Source: an uncultured Gemmatimonadales bacterium (GTDB taxonomy: Bacteria; Gemmatimonadota; Gemmatimonadetes; Gemmatimonadales; GWC2-71-9). Taken from it: DNA of 64,000 nt. The translations under genes were made by a program, and so were the position numbers. Positions 33,674 to 43,754 of this stretch are shown here, in pieces. The stretch covers positions 160,742-224,741 of the forward strand of contig CAWBVP010000015.1 of the NCBI GenBank assembly GCA_963792265.1, written 5' to 3'. The first letter of the stretch is position 1, and every line of letters starts with the position of its first letter. The notes beneath the pieces were generated by a model. That model ran no database searches. It saw nothing but the letters and a program-made list of their open reading frames with translations, and was not told the DNA's origin.

Positions 33674-34622
33674 GTGACTCAAACTCGCACGGATAAGGTC
33701 AGGCCAACGCACAACCCGGCCGAAAGCAGTTACTCCCTCTCGGTCCAAGCGCCGTACCGCCTCGACCTCACCGTCAATGTCCTGCGCCGGTTGTCGACCA
33801 ACCTGGTGGATGTGCTCAGTCCGGATGGAGCATATGTCCGCTGGCTGGGAGACGCGTCCGATTTCGCGCTGGTACGGGTTTCCCAACCGAGCCCGGAAGC
33901 GCTGACCATCGGCATCGAGGGTGACCGCAGCGAACATCCGCGGCTGCTCCAGCTGGTGCGGCGGATGCTCGGTATGGAGGTGGATCTCACCCCGTTCTAC
34001 CGCTCGGCGTCCAAGGTTCAATGGCTGCATCCGCTGGTATCGCGGATGCGGGGCGTGCGGCCGCCACGCTACCCAACCATCTGGGAAGCATGCGTCAATG
34101 CGATCGTGTTCCAGCAGATCAGCCTCCATGCGGCGAGCTCGATCATGGGCCGCCTCACCGTAGGGCTGAGCGAGCCCGTCGAACACAGCGGTGTCCGGCT
34201 GTATCCCTTCCCGCAGTCCTGAGCAGATCCTGAGCGCGCCAGACAGTGTCCTGCATGGAGCCGGCCTCAGTGCCGGCAAGCTGGCAACGTTGCGACGCGT
34301 GGCTGACGCGCTCGGAGCGGGTGCGATCGACGAGGGGCAGTTGGAGAGACTTCCCAGTCCGGATGCAGCCGCCCTGCTTCGCAGCATCAAGGGGATCGGC
34401 CCGTGGACGGCTGTGGTCATCCTGCTGCGTGGACTCGGCCGGCTCGACGTGTTTCCCGCGAACGATACCAGCGTGGCCCGTAATCTGACGCTGCTTGGGG
34501 GACCGGCGGCGCTCGACGTCGAGAGGCTACTCGACACCTTGGGTCCGGAGCGGGGAATGCTGTACTACCACCTGCTGCTCGGGCGGCTGGAAGCCCGGGG
34601 GGATCTCCTTCCTGCGCCGTAA
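33674..34622 (+). CDS. alkA: DNA-3-methyladenine glycosylase II (AlkA-type, HhH-GPD); frame break ~34215
   Basis: GTG start. Contains WEACVNAIVFQQISLHAASSIMGRL, then LSAGKLATLRRVA and the HhH motif IKGIGPWTAVVILLRGLGRLDVFPANDTSV. Confidence 0.8.
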
Positions 34623-34706
34623 GCGGCGAGGACCTCGAGAAAGTCCGGCAGTGGGCGGGTAGAGTGCCCCACGGTCCGCACCGTGAGGCCCATTCTCCGC
34701 CCTGTT

Positions 34707-36360
34707 TCATTTCCCGGACCAGGCCTTGGGGAGACCGAAGATCACTACGGCATCACCCAGGGGGTAACTGAGCTGAAAGTTCCCCCCGCATGCTACGGCA
34801 ATGAACTGTTCCCCCTCGTGCTCGAAGCTCATGGGTGCGGCGTTGCATCCAGCGCCGGCGTTGAACTGCCAGAGCAGTTTACCGCTTCTGGACTCATAGG
34901 CGTTGAAGTTGCCGTTCCCTTCGCCCGTGAAGGTGAGGCCGCCCGCGGTGGACATCGAACCACCCATCATCGGCTGGGGGACCTTGTTCTGCCAGGCGAT
35001 CTTCCCGGTCTTGAGGTCGATGGCGGAGAAGAGGCCATACTGCTCCTCGCCCGGGATGGCCACGAAAGCCGAGCCCAGCCACAACCGCCCCTTCTCCCAC
35101 GGGGCCGTGTGGGTGATGTAGTTCATCGGTTGGTGCAGTCCTGCCACGAAGGCGTAGCCGAGCCGGGGACTCGACCGAGATGGGGGACCACTCGGAGCCG
35201 CCATTGGCGCCGGGAAGCATCCGGGTTCCCTTCTCCGTCGGCAGTGCAAAGATGTTCTCGTGGGGCACGAAGTTCTCGCTCTTCCGCACCAGCTTGCCGG
35301 TGGCGGCGTCGACGATGTAGAGCCAGCCGGTCTTGCCGGCATGGAGCACGACCTTCTTGCCGTCGAGCATGGTCACGACTGAGGGCGAGGTGGCATCGAG
35401 GTCCCAGACGTCATGCGGCACGGTCTGGTAGTACCACTTGGTCTTTCCGGTCCTCGCGTCGATGGCCACCATGGCGTCGGTGAAGAGGTTATCGCCCGGG
35501 CGGACGCTGCCGTCGAGATCCGGGGAGGGATTGCCCACCGTGGCGAAGATGGTGTTGGTCTCCTTGTCGTAGGCCGGCGTGGTCCAGACGCCGCCGCCGC
35601 CGGTCTTCCAGGCGTCGGCATACTTGGCGCTGTCGGCCTTTTCCTTGGCGATGTCGCGGTGCAGGTCGGCCTCTTCGGCCTTGGGAGCCCAGGTCCCCCA
35701 CCAGCCGTTCGGCGCCTTCTCATCGTAGGTCGGGTCGCCCTTCGGCGCGGGAATCGAGTACCAGCGCCAGGCTTGTTTGCCGGTGGCCATGTTGTAGGCG
35801 GTCAGGTGGCCGCGAATGCCGTACTCTCCGCCGGACACGCCGGCGATCACGTTCTCTCCCACGATCAGCGGCGCCATGGTGATGCTGTAGCCCCCGGAAG
35901 GATCCGCCACTTCCACCTCCCACTTCACGTCACCGTTCCGGGCGTCGAGCGCGAGCACCCGGCCATCGAGGGTCCCCACGAATACGTTACCCCCGCCGAC
36001 CGCCACTCCCCGGTTCACCGGCCCGCAGCACGCGATGACAGTGCCGACCTTGGGCTCGTGCCGCCAGAGCTGCTTCCTGGTCTTGAGATCGTAGGCGATG
36101 ATGGCTTCGCTGTTGGGAGTGGTCACGTACATCTTGCCGTCGATGACGATCGGGGTGTTCTCGAACGAGCCGAGCTTGCTGGTGCCGGTCTGGAACATCA
36201 TTCTGGGGACCAGGCGGCTCACGTTCGCGGTGGTGATCTGCGTCAGCGTGGACCATCGCTGGCTCCAATCGCTCCCGCCATAGGTCGGCCAGTTACTCTG
36301 CGCCGCTGCCGGCGCGGCGATAAGGCCCGCCGCGGCGGCCCACAGCCATAGGTGTTTCAT
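34707..36360 (-). CDS. PQQ-dependent dehydrogenase (methanol/ethanol family), secreted; frame break ~35165
   Basis: Signal MKHLWLWAAAAGLIAAPAAAQ. Contains NWPTYGGSDWSQRWS, the vicinal cysteines VIACCGPVNRGVA, W-motif repeats, VPHDVWDLDA, and the C-terminal half GGSMSTAGGLTFTGEGNGNFNAYESRSGKLLWQF. Confidence 0.88.
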
Positions 36361-36485
36361 GTACGCACTCCTTTCAGAAGGGTCGGCCGCCGCGAACCAT
36401 CGCCCGAGGCAAACCGGGTGTCACTTGCTCCGCTCGATGGTGCCGCAAGCGATTGGCATGAAGGGCGCCACCTCCGGTTCAGGCC

Positions 36486-37430
36486 TCATGCCGCTTCAGC
36501 TGAATCGGGCACAACGAGGAGTGGCACCTGCGCGCCGCGAAGAGCCAGACGGGTGGCCGATCCGATTCTCCCGAGCCGGTGGCGTGAGCACCGTTGCATC
36601 CCATCACAATGAGATCGGCGCGCGCGGCCTGCGCGCGCGCCAGGATCATCGGGCCCACGGCGCCAACAGCAACAATGGTGCGGACGACAGCAGGGGTGCC
36701 GTCGGTAGGGCCTAAACCTCGTAGCCAGGCATGCGCGGGACGCACCCAGCGAGAGCTACTGCCAAGACTCACGTATCCAGTGTGCTCGCACGAATTCTCC
36801 TGCGAGCCCCAGTCGTGGGCCAGAAGCGCCTCGCTGAGCACGTGCAGCAGAGTGAGCTCGGCTCCGAAATGCTGGGCGAGCCTCGCGCGCCCAGTCCACG
36901 ACCTGACGCCCGATCGGAGCATCATCCACCGCGGCGAGAATGCGTCGTGGTCGTTTCTCGATGCCATTACCTATGACCAGGGCTGGTACGTTGAGGCGCC
37001 GGATGAGGCGCTCGAGCGTGCGGCCTCTGTTTCCGTCCACCGCCTTGCGTCCCAGTACCACGAGGTCCGCTTCGAGGTTTCCGGCCATGTCAGCCAGGCT
37101 TGAGACGGTGTGCCCGGCGCGCACATGTATGGAATGGTCCCTGGCGCCGAGCGTCGCCGCGAAACCGCGCAGGCCGGGGAGCGGGCTACCGATCTGTCTC
37201 TCGAGCCGGTCGTCGAGCGCCGGCATCATCGGCTTAATGAAACCAGGCACCTCAGGTACCGAACGTACGTGGGCGAGCCCGATCCGTGTGCGGCTCCCAA
37301 AATGAGTCGAGGCCCACCTCGCGGCTGCGAGTGAGGGCTGGCGAAAGTCCACGCCCACAAGGATGCGCTCGAGTGCGGGCCGGGAGATCCCTCTTTCAGC
37401 GGGTCGGGAGACGTGATTGACTTGTGCCAT
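36486..37430 (-). CDS. Tandem universal stress protein (2 USP domains); about 2 frame breaks
   Basis: ILVGVDFRQPSLAAARWA, EADLVVLGRKAVDGNRGRTLERLIRRLNVPALVI, RILAAVDD, and ADLIVMG..GRIGSATRLALRGAQVPLLVVPD. RBS GGAGGGGGAAAGG precedes the ATG at 37430. Confidence 0.8.
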
Positions 37431-37447
37431 GGCCTTTCCCCCTCCGC

Positions 37448-37735
37448 TCAGCTGCACCGCACGCACGTCTTCGTCTCCGGTATGACCGAGAGACGATCGA
37501 ACGCAATCGGCGACTGACAGATGAGGCAGGTCCCGTAAATCCCTGCTCGGATTCGCTTCAGCGCCTCCAGGATGAGTTTGATCCGGCTGTGAGTCCGGAC
37601 ATCGTGGCGCCTGGGGCCGAGCGTGGTGCCGGGCGTTAACCGGCGTAGTTCCGCTAGCAGTTCCGCGTTCAGCTCCCCCAGCTGTGCGTCGGTCAGATCG
37701 GGAACCCGAGCCGGTGAATAGGCACAATGACGCAG
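37448..37735 (-). CDS. DksA/TraR-family C4 zinc-finger protein; 5' end unresolved (no in-frame ATG as given)
   Basis: DLTDAQLGELNAELLAELRRL...RIKLILEALKRIRAGIYGTCLICQSPIAFDRLSVIPETKTCVRCS-stop. The zinc finger is CxxC-17 residues-CxxC. The stop lies 15 nt upstream of the USP gene start. Confidence 0.65.
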   Translation of the reverse strand: MRHCAYSPARVPDLTDAQLGELNAELLAELRRLTPGTTLGPRRHDVRTHSRIKLILEALKRIRAGIYGTCLICQSPIAFDRLSVIPETKTCVRCS

Positions 37736-37817
37736 TCATGATGGTCCTCTCCCTGATAGCGATAGGTGCAGCGCGACGAGACTACGTCTCGACGCAAACG
37801 CCGGACGTGGTGGTGGA

Positions 37818-38219
37818 TCAGCCAGAAGTCAGGAGCTGCCCCCCGAACTGATGCATCCGGCGATCCATTCCGGTGGCCCGCAGTGCTCGCCACATAACCC
37901 GTGCGCGGGCGATGGCGAAAACCTCGAAATGTTCCTCCGGCAGTAATGCAATCTCAAATCCCCAGCCGCCGGCTTCTGAATCTTCCGGTGCCGGCGGAAG
38001 TAGTGTGGCCAGAATCCCGTCCTGAGACTCTTCCATTGCGTGTGGCTGCTTTCTCCGGCGCCGGCTCAACGCGCGGTATGCTATCGACGCCGCCCGGGCC
38101 GCGTCATCGCGGCCAGCAAACCCTCGAAAGCTCACCCTGGTGCCGTCTACGTAGCCGATCTCTTGTTCGTCCTGAAGCAACCGGAACTCGGGTCCTGTCC
38201 CCACACGTCGTATTCGCAT
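37818..38219 (-). CDS. Hypothetical protein (133 aa)
   Basis: Intact ORF with strong RBS AGGAGGAAGAG before the ATG. I recognise no family. Confidence 0.5.
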   Translation of the reverse strand: MRIRRVGTGPEFRLLQDEQEIGYVDGTRVSFRGFAGRDDAARAASIAYRALSRRRRKQPHAMEESQDGILATLLPPAPEDSEAGGWGFEIALLPEEHFEVFAIARARVMWRALRATGMDRRMHQFGGQLLTSG

Positions 38220-38420
38220 CTCTTCCTCCTAAATCGTCGGGAGGCACGCCTCGAATCAGCAGCGACTAGTTTATCATCGAGGGGATGAAGCTGGTCGGAA
38301 GAAATTCTGAAGTTGCCTTCATTGAGACCGCCGGGTGGGGGAGATAACTTCGTGGCGGTTTCATCCTTTGTTCATGGGGCTCGGGTTAGTGTACACCTCA
38401 CATTGAGAGGGGTGTTCCGC

Positions 38421-38774
38421 ATGATCAAGCTCAAGCGTGCCTACGACCGCGCCAGCCGGGACGATGGCGTGCGATACCTGGTGGAGCGACTGTGGCCCCG
38501 GGGTATCAAGAAGACCGAGCTCCAGCTGGACGGGTGGCTCAAGGAAGTGGCCCCCAGTCCCGAGCTGCGGAAGTGGTTCGGTCATGATCCGGCGAAGTGG
38601 CCGCAGTTTCGGCAGCGGTACTTCACCGAGCTCAAAGCGCACGAACAGTCGCTCGAGCCGTTACTCAAGGCCGCGCGCCGCGGACCGGTCACCCTGGTCT
38701 TCAGCTCCCACGATACCGAGCACAACGCCGCTGTAGCGCTCAGGGATTACCTGAAGACGCAAGCTGTCCGGTAG
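38421..38774 (+). CDS. DUF488 domain protein
   Basis: MIKLKRAYDRASRDDGVRYLVERLWPRGIKKTELQLDGWLKEVAPSPELRKWFGHDPAKWPQFRQRY. Confidence 0.85.
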   Translation: MIKLKRAYDRASRDDGVRYLVERLWPRGIKKTELQLDGWLKEVAPSPELRKWFGHDPAKWPQFRQRYFTELKAHEQSLEPLLKAARRGPVTLVFSSHDTEHNAAVALRDYLKTQAVR

Positions 38775-38794
38775 GGGGACAGCTAGGTGGCCGC

Positions 38795-39397
38795 CTAAGG
38801 CGCGAGGTAATCGCCGTAATGCTTCGACCCGCATTCAGCACAAAACGTGTGGGAGAACTGGGCTTCGGAGTGGTTGCTGATGAACCTTTCCAGCGGTTCC
38901 CACGACTCGCCGTTTCGAATCCGCTTGCAGAACCCGCAGATGGGCAGCATGCCCCCGAGCACCCGAAGGGTCAATGCCTGCCGGCGCAGGTGTAGGATGA
39001 TGAGCGCGATCGCAAGGGAGAACAGTACGATCACGGTAGTATCGAGCACTGCCTCCAGTGCGGGTGCCCCCCAGCCCCAAAAGTGGAAAATGAGCATGCG
39101 TACCGGCGGGAGGGTCGCCGCCAGGACGATGCTCCATCGGCGCGACCCACTCCAGGCGGCCATCGCCGCTGGAATAGGGTAGAGGAGAACCATCGAGTCG
39201 AGGTAAGGGCCGGTGAAGTAGTCGAGCGGAATGATGCTGATGCTGGCGAGAATCCAATGGATGGGGGAAGAGTGGTTGGGTGACCGAATCGAGAATCGGG
39301 AAAGCGCCATCGGATCCACCAGGACTTTCGGGGTAGCGACTACTGTATTACCGAGGCCGTGAAATTGGTCCGCAAGAAACTCTGAAGCTGCCTTCAT
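38795..39397 (-). CDS. Membrane protein (about 4 TM) with a C-terminal cysteine-rich CxxC...CxxC motif
   Basis: TM segments are HWILASISIIPLDYF, LLYPIPAAMAAW, IVLAATLPPVRMLIFHFWGW and VIVLFSLAIALIILHL. The tail reads LPICGFCKRIRNGESWEPLERFISNHSEAQFSHTFCAECGSKHYGDY. Start chosen at MKAASEF (39397); MALSRF (39310) is an alternative. Confidence 0.65.
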   Translation of the reverse strand: MKAASEFLADQFHGLGNTVVATPKVLVDPMALSRFSIRSPNHSSPIHWILASISIIPLDYFTGPYLDSMVLLYPIPAAMAAWSGSRRWSIVLAATLPPVRMLIFHFWGWGAPALEAVLDTTVIVLFSLAIALIILHLRRQALTLRVLGGMLPICGFCKRIRNGESWEPLERFISNHSEAQFSHTFCAECGSKHYGDYLAP

Positions 39398-39412
39398 CGA
39401 GGCCGCCAGGCC

Positions 39413-39604
39413 GTGAAGCGTCGAATCGTGGGGTACCACCAGGACGAGGAGCAGCACTGGGTCGCGGAGCTCGAGTGCGGGCACTCGCAGCATGTGCGTC
39501 ACGACCCACCCTGGCAGGTTCGGGCCTGGGTCACAACGGACGAGGGCCGGCGAAGCCGCTTGGGCAGCACCTTGGAATGCCGCCACTGCGACGAAGGCAC
39601 CTGA
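39413..39604 (+). CDS. DUF3565 domain protein
   Basis: 63-aa ORF with a GTG start: IVGYHQDEEQHWVAELECGHSQHVRHDPPWQVRAWVTTDEGRRSRLGSTLECRHC. Confidence 0.7.
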   Translation: MKRRIVGYHQDEEQHWVAELECGHSQHVRHDPPWQVRAWVTTDEGRRSRLGSTLECRHCDEGT

Positions 39605-39640
39605 CTCTGAAACGATCTTCATCCTTCCGACGAGAGATCC

Positions 39641-41012
39641 ATGACCCTGAGTCCTGAACTCCCCTCCCGGCTGTCCGGCGATCCCGCTGAGTTTGCCGCG
39701 GCCGCCACCGGCATGCAGGCGGCCGACGTTGCCGAGGCTCTGGGAGACTTCGCGCCCCAGGCGGCCGGCCGCGTGATCGCGGCGCTCCCGTTCGACCTCG
39801 CCGTAGAGGTACTCGACGATCCGGAACTGGAGGACCGAGTGTCGATCATCCGCTCAATGGATCCCGGCACGGCAGCGGCCCTCCTCGATGCGATGTCGGC
39901 CGACCAGCAGGCGATAGTATTTCGCGACCTTCCCGACCCCGACCGCGCACGGCTGTGCCGGCGCTCAGCAGACCGGCGCAGGAGGCTCTGACGCTCCTCC
40001 TGCACTACCGACCGAGAAGGCCGCGGCATCATGACCACAGAGTTCCTGACGGTGCCGCCAACCTGGACCGTGGAAGAGACGCTCGAGCTGATCCAGCGCG
40101 TTGGCGGTGCCAAGGAGACGGTCTACAGCTGTACGTTGTCGACCCGGCGGACAATCGACTCAGGCACGTGGTCTCGCTTCGAGAGCTGGTCCTGAGCGAC
40201 CGCGGCAAGCTGGTGACCGAAGTCGGCAGCCGCGGCAAGCCCGGTCACGGTGGATCCGGAGAGCGATCGCGAGGACGTCGCCCGGCTCATCTCGAAGTAT
40301 GACCTGTTGGCCCTCCCGGTCGTGGACCAGGCCGGGCGCATCCTGGGGATCGTGACAGTGGATGACGTGATCGATGTCATGGTGGCCGAGAGAGACCGAG
40401 GATGTGCAGAAGTTCGGCGGACTGGAAGCGCTGGAAAAACCCTACACCGAGGTCGGGTTCGGGGCGATGATCAGGAAGCGCGCCGGCTGGCTCGCCGCGC
40501 TGTTCATCGGCGAGATGTTCACCGCCACCGCGATGGGACGCTTCGAGCATGAGATCGAGCACGCCCTGGTGCTGGCCCTGTTCATTCCGCTCATCATCAG
40601 CTCGGGCGGCAACTCTGGATCGCAAGCCAGCTCGCTCATCATCCGGCGCTCGCGCTCCGCGAGGTCACGCTGCGAGACTGGTGGAAGGTCGCCGCCCGCG
40701 AGATCCCCAGCGGACTCGCCCTCGGTGTCATTTTGGGAGCGGTGGGGGCGACGCATCATGTTGTGGCAGGCCATGGGATGGTACGATTACGGCGAGCACG
40801 ACCGGCTGATTGCGCTCACGCTCGGCCTCGCGCTAGTCGGCGTGGTCACCTTCGGCTCCGTCGCCGGCTCGATGCTCCCATTCGCGCTCAAGCGCCTCGG
40901 GTTCGACCCAGCCAGTGCGTCGGCTCCGTTCGTCGCGACCCTTGTCGACGTCACCGGCATCATGATCTACTTCACGGTAGCGGCAGTAGTGCTTCGAGGC
41001 ACCGTACTTTAG
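39641..41012 (+). CDS. mgtE: Magnesium transporter MgtE; at least 5 frame breaks
   Basis: The MgtE_N region has AADVAEALGDFAPQAAGRVIAALPFDLAVEVL and LLDAMSADQQA. The CBS pair has MTTEFLTVPPTWTVEE and LLALPVVDQAGRILGIVTVDDVIDV. The channel has RAGWLAALFIGEMFTATAM, IPLIISSGGNSGSQASSLIIR and PFVATLVDVTGIMIYF. Confidence 0.9.
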
Positions 41013-41191
41013 CTCTGTCCCGCGTCCCGGCTCGCCTGGTCCAGTCGTGAAGACACGGTCCCCCAGGCTGGTGGATCGCTCGCCGGGAACGATTGCGCTC
41101 CCATTTCATCGATCAGCCTATCGACCGTCTGCTGGCCTGCCGGCTTGGTCTCTCTCCCGCCGCGGCGAGGCGGCGGCTTCCTATCTGACAT
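41009..41191 (-). CDS. Possible small protein with an SFPASDPP motif
   Basis: MSDRKPPPRRGGRETKPAGQQTVDRLIDEMGAQSFPASDPPAWGTVSSRLDQASRDAGQS. It overlaps the 3' tail of the CBS ORF in another frame. Confidence 0.4.
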   Translation of the reverse strand: MSDRKPPPRRGGRETKPAGQQTVDRLIDEMGAQSFPASDPPAWGTVSSRLDQASRDAGQS

Positions 41192-41644
41192 AGGCTGCCC
41201 TCGACCAGCTGAAACCTCAACCCCCGCAGGACGTCGCCCCGGCTCACCATCCCGACCAGAGTGAGATGGTCGTTCTGCCGCTCGACCACAGGAAGGCTGC
41301 GCAGATTGTTCGCTACCATTATGGCGCCCGCCGCCGAAATCGACGCCCGAGGTTCGACGGAGACGATCTCGTGATGCATCAGATTCTCGGCTCGCGTGGT
41401 GCCGATGTCTCCGCGTGGCCGCAGCCGCCGATGCGTCACCGGCCAGAAAGAGCTCAAGGAGGTCCAGCTTGGAAATGATTCCAAGCAACCGGCCGCGGTC
41501 GTCCAGGACCGGAAAGGCATTAAAGTCGTGCCGGTCGAACTGGGCTAACAGCTCACTGACCGATGTGGCCGGCCCCACGGTGACCGGGGACGCGCTCATT
41601 ATCTCGTGGACGGCGATCATAAGACGCCACTCTCCTCGTGCCAT
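41113..41644 (-). CDS. CBS-pair domain protein; frame break ~41430; 3' end uncertain
   Basis: IAVHEIMSASPVTVGPATSVSELLAQFDRHDFNAFPVLDDRGRLLGIISKLDLLE, then LMHHEIVSVEPRASISAAGAIMVANNLRSLPVVERQNDHLTLVGMVSRGDVL. Confidence 0.75.
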
Positions 41645-41651
41645 TCGATTC

Positions 41652-42340
41652 TTAAACCTCCTCCAAATGATCACCCTGACGAAGGCTGAAACCGACCCCT
41701 CGGATCGTCGCCAGCAGCGGCTCGCCGGCGGCGTGGGAGAGCTTTCGGCGCAGGTTCCCAACGTGGACATCGACCACGTTGCTATCGGGGTCAAAGTGCA
41801 TGTCCCACACCTTCTCCAGCAGGGTGGTGCGGCGGACAACTTCCTCCGGGTGAAGAAGGAAGTACTCCAGGAGCTGGAACTCCTTGGGTGTGAGGTCCAG
41901 CCGCCGATCGTCCACTGTGGCCACGTGACGAAGCCGATCGAGGGTAACCGCGCCGTAGCGCAGCACATCGAGGCGCTCTGCGCCGCCCCGACGATGGAGG
42001 CCCGGATTCGGGCAAGCAGCTCGTCGAAGCGGAACGGCTTGGCCAGATAATCGTCCGCGCCGGCATCCAGTCCGCGGACCACGTCCTCGGTTGCATCACG
42101 AGATGTCAGCATCAGGATGGGCGTGTTCCGCCCCTCGCGCCTGAGCTCGGCGGCAATCTGGAAGCCGTTTTTCTTCGGGAGTACCACATCCAGGAGCACC
42201 GCGTCGTAGTCGTTGATGTGGGCCAACATCGTGGCTTCGTCTCCATCACGGGCCAAGTCTACGACGTAACCCTCCTCCTTCAGCCCCTGCTCCACGAATC
42301 CCGCGACCTTACGGTCGTCCTCCACCACGAGAATCTTCAT
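41652..42340 (-). CDS. OmpR-family response regulator; frame break ~41990
   Basis: Receiver domain MKILVVEDDRKVAGFV..DAVLLDVVLPKKNGF..PILMLTSRD...DYLAKPF. The wHTH reads LTPKEFQLLEYFLLHPEEVVRRTTLLEKVWD...VDVHVGNLRRKL...IRGVGF. Confidence 0.9.
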
Positions 42341-42397
42341 GCATGAAGTTTACGACCTATCGCTGAGGCTGATTGAAAGCCTGGATGAAGATCTCTT

Positions 42398-43634
42398 CAT
42401 GATGTGGCGGCGGGCACCTCAAGGACGAAACAGCCGCCCTTCCCCGGCCGCGCGACCGCGTGGAGCTCGCCTCCGAGCAACTGGGCGAGCCGCCGGGAAA
42501 GGGGAAGGCCGAGCCCCAGCCCGCGGCTTTCTTCACCCGCTTTAGTCACATAGATGTCAAAGATCCGCTCGACATCGCCTGGCGGTACCCCGGTCCCTCA
42601 TCTTCGACCTGGTAGATGACACGCCGTTCACGGGAGGTGACGCTGAGCCGCACCGTACTTCGCTCGGGAGCGTACTTGATGGCGTTTCCGAGCAGATTCA
42701 CCAGGATCTGCTCGACCCGGTTCGCGTCAGTCTCGCAATTTGGCAGGCCGCGACTTGGGATCAGCTTGAGCGTGACTTGTTTGAGATTCGCTGCGGGTGT
42801 GACGAGGCCCATGGCCCGGTTTGCCATGGACAAAGGCTCGACGGCTCGAATGACCGGCTTCAATCGGTCCTCGTCGAGACGGCTCAGATCAAGCAGGTCA
42901 TTGATCAAGCCGACTGCATACTGGGCGGAGTCCAGGACCTCGAATGCGGCCCGAGGTACCGTCGCCGGGTCTTTCTTCCGCACCAGCATCTCCGACCAGC
43001 CGTAGACTCCCGCAAGTGCATTCCGGAGCTCATGGTTGACCATCGCGAAGAACCGCTCCCGGCTCCGATGGAGCTGCTGCACCTCCTCCAACAGCCGGGC
43101 GCTCTCTTCATGATGCCGCACATTCTCAACGGCGGCCGCGGTCTGGGTCGCCAGCAGGATCGCGATGTCCTCGTCCTCCTCGCTGAACTCCTCGCCACCA
43201 ACTTTCTCAGTGAGGTAGAGGTTTCCGAAGACGCCGCGCCCGCCGATGATCGGGACGCCGAGAAACGAGCGCATCACGGGGTGGTGCGGAGGAAACCCGT
43301 AGGATTCAGGATGCTTGGTAAGATCCGGTAGCCGGATCGGCTTGGCTTCGCGGATAACGAGACCAAGGATGCCGTGGCCCTGGGGCAGCGCACCTATCCT
43401 TGCCCGGAGTTCGGGGTCAATACCGTAGGTGGTAAAACTCTCCATTACCTTCCCGTCCGGTCCCAGCACTCCAATAGCAGCGTAGTGGGCGCCGATCACC
43501 TCCGCGGCTGCCTCCACCACCCGACGCAGGACTCCTGGCAGAGACACCTCGGTGATGAGAGCCGAGGTGGCCACCACGAGCCTTTCGATACGCTCCTGCG
43601 GCGAGGGAGGGCTGGCAATCGAGGGTAAAGACAT
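42398..43634 (-). CDS. GAF-domain sensor histidine kinase (soluble); frame break ~42590
   Basis: GAF domain with GHGILGLVIREAKPIRLPDLTKHPESYGFPPHHPVMRSFLGVPIIGGRGVFGNLYLTEK, H-box FFAMVNHELRNAL, N-box LVNLLGNAIKY, and G-boxes DEGPG and GLGLGLPLSRRLAQLLGG. Confidence 0.88.
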
Positions 43635-43754
43635 ACCATAACATATCGCTCAGACGCGCAGGGGCGGAACCCGGCTCAATCTTCCCATCCCTTTAATCAT
43701 TTCTTCACGACGGCCTGACTAGTCTGCAGTCGTACCTCTACTGGGGAGATACCG

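Noticed and set aside
33108-33677. A 189-aa plus-strand ORF between trpS and alkA.
   Set aside because: It is antisense to the trpS 5' end and to the DUF2945 gene, and has no motifs.
39398-39622. N-terminal 75 codons of ORF 38795..39622 (MKIVSESGAF...).
   Set aside because: This part is antisense to the well-formed DUF3565 gene (39413..39604) and has no membrane-protein character. The gene more likely starts at 39397 or 39310.
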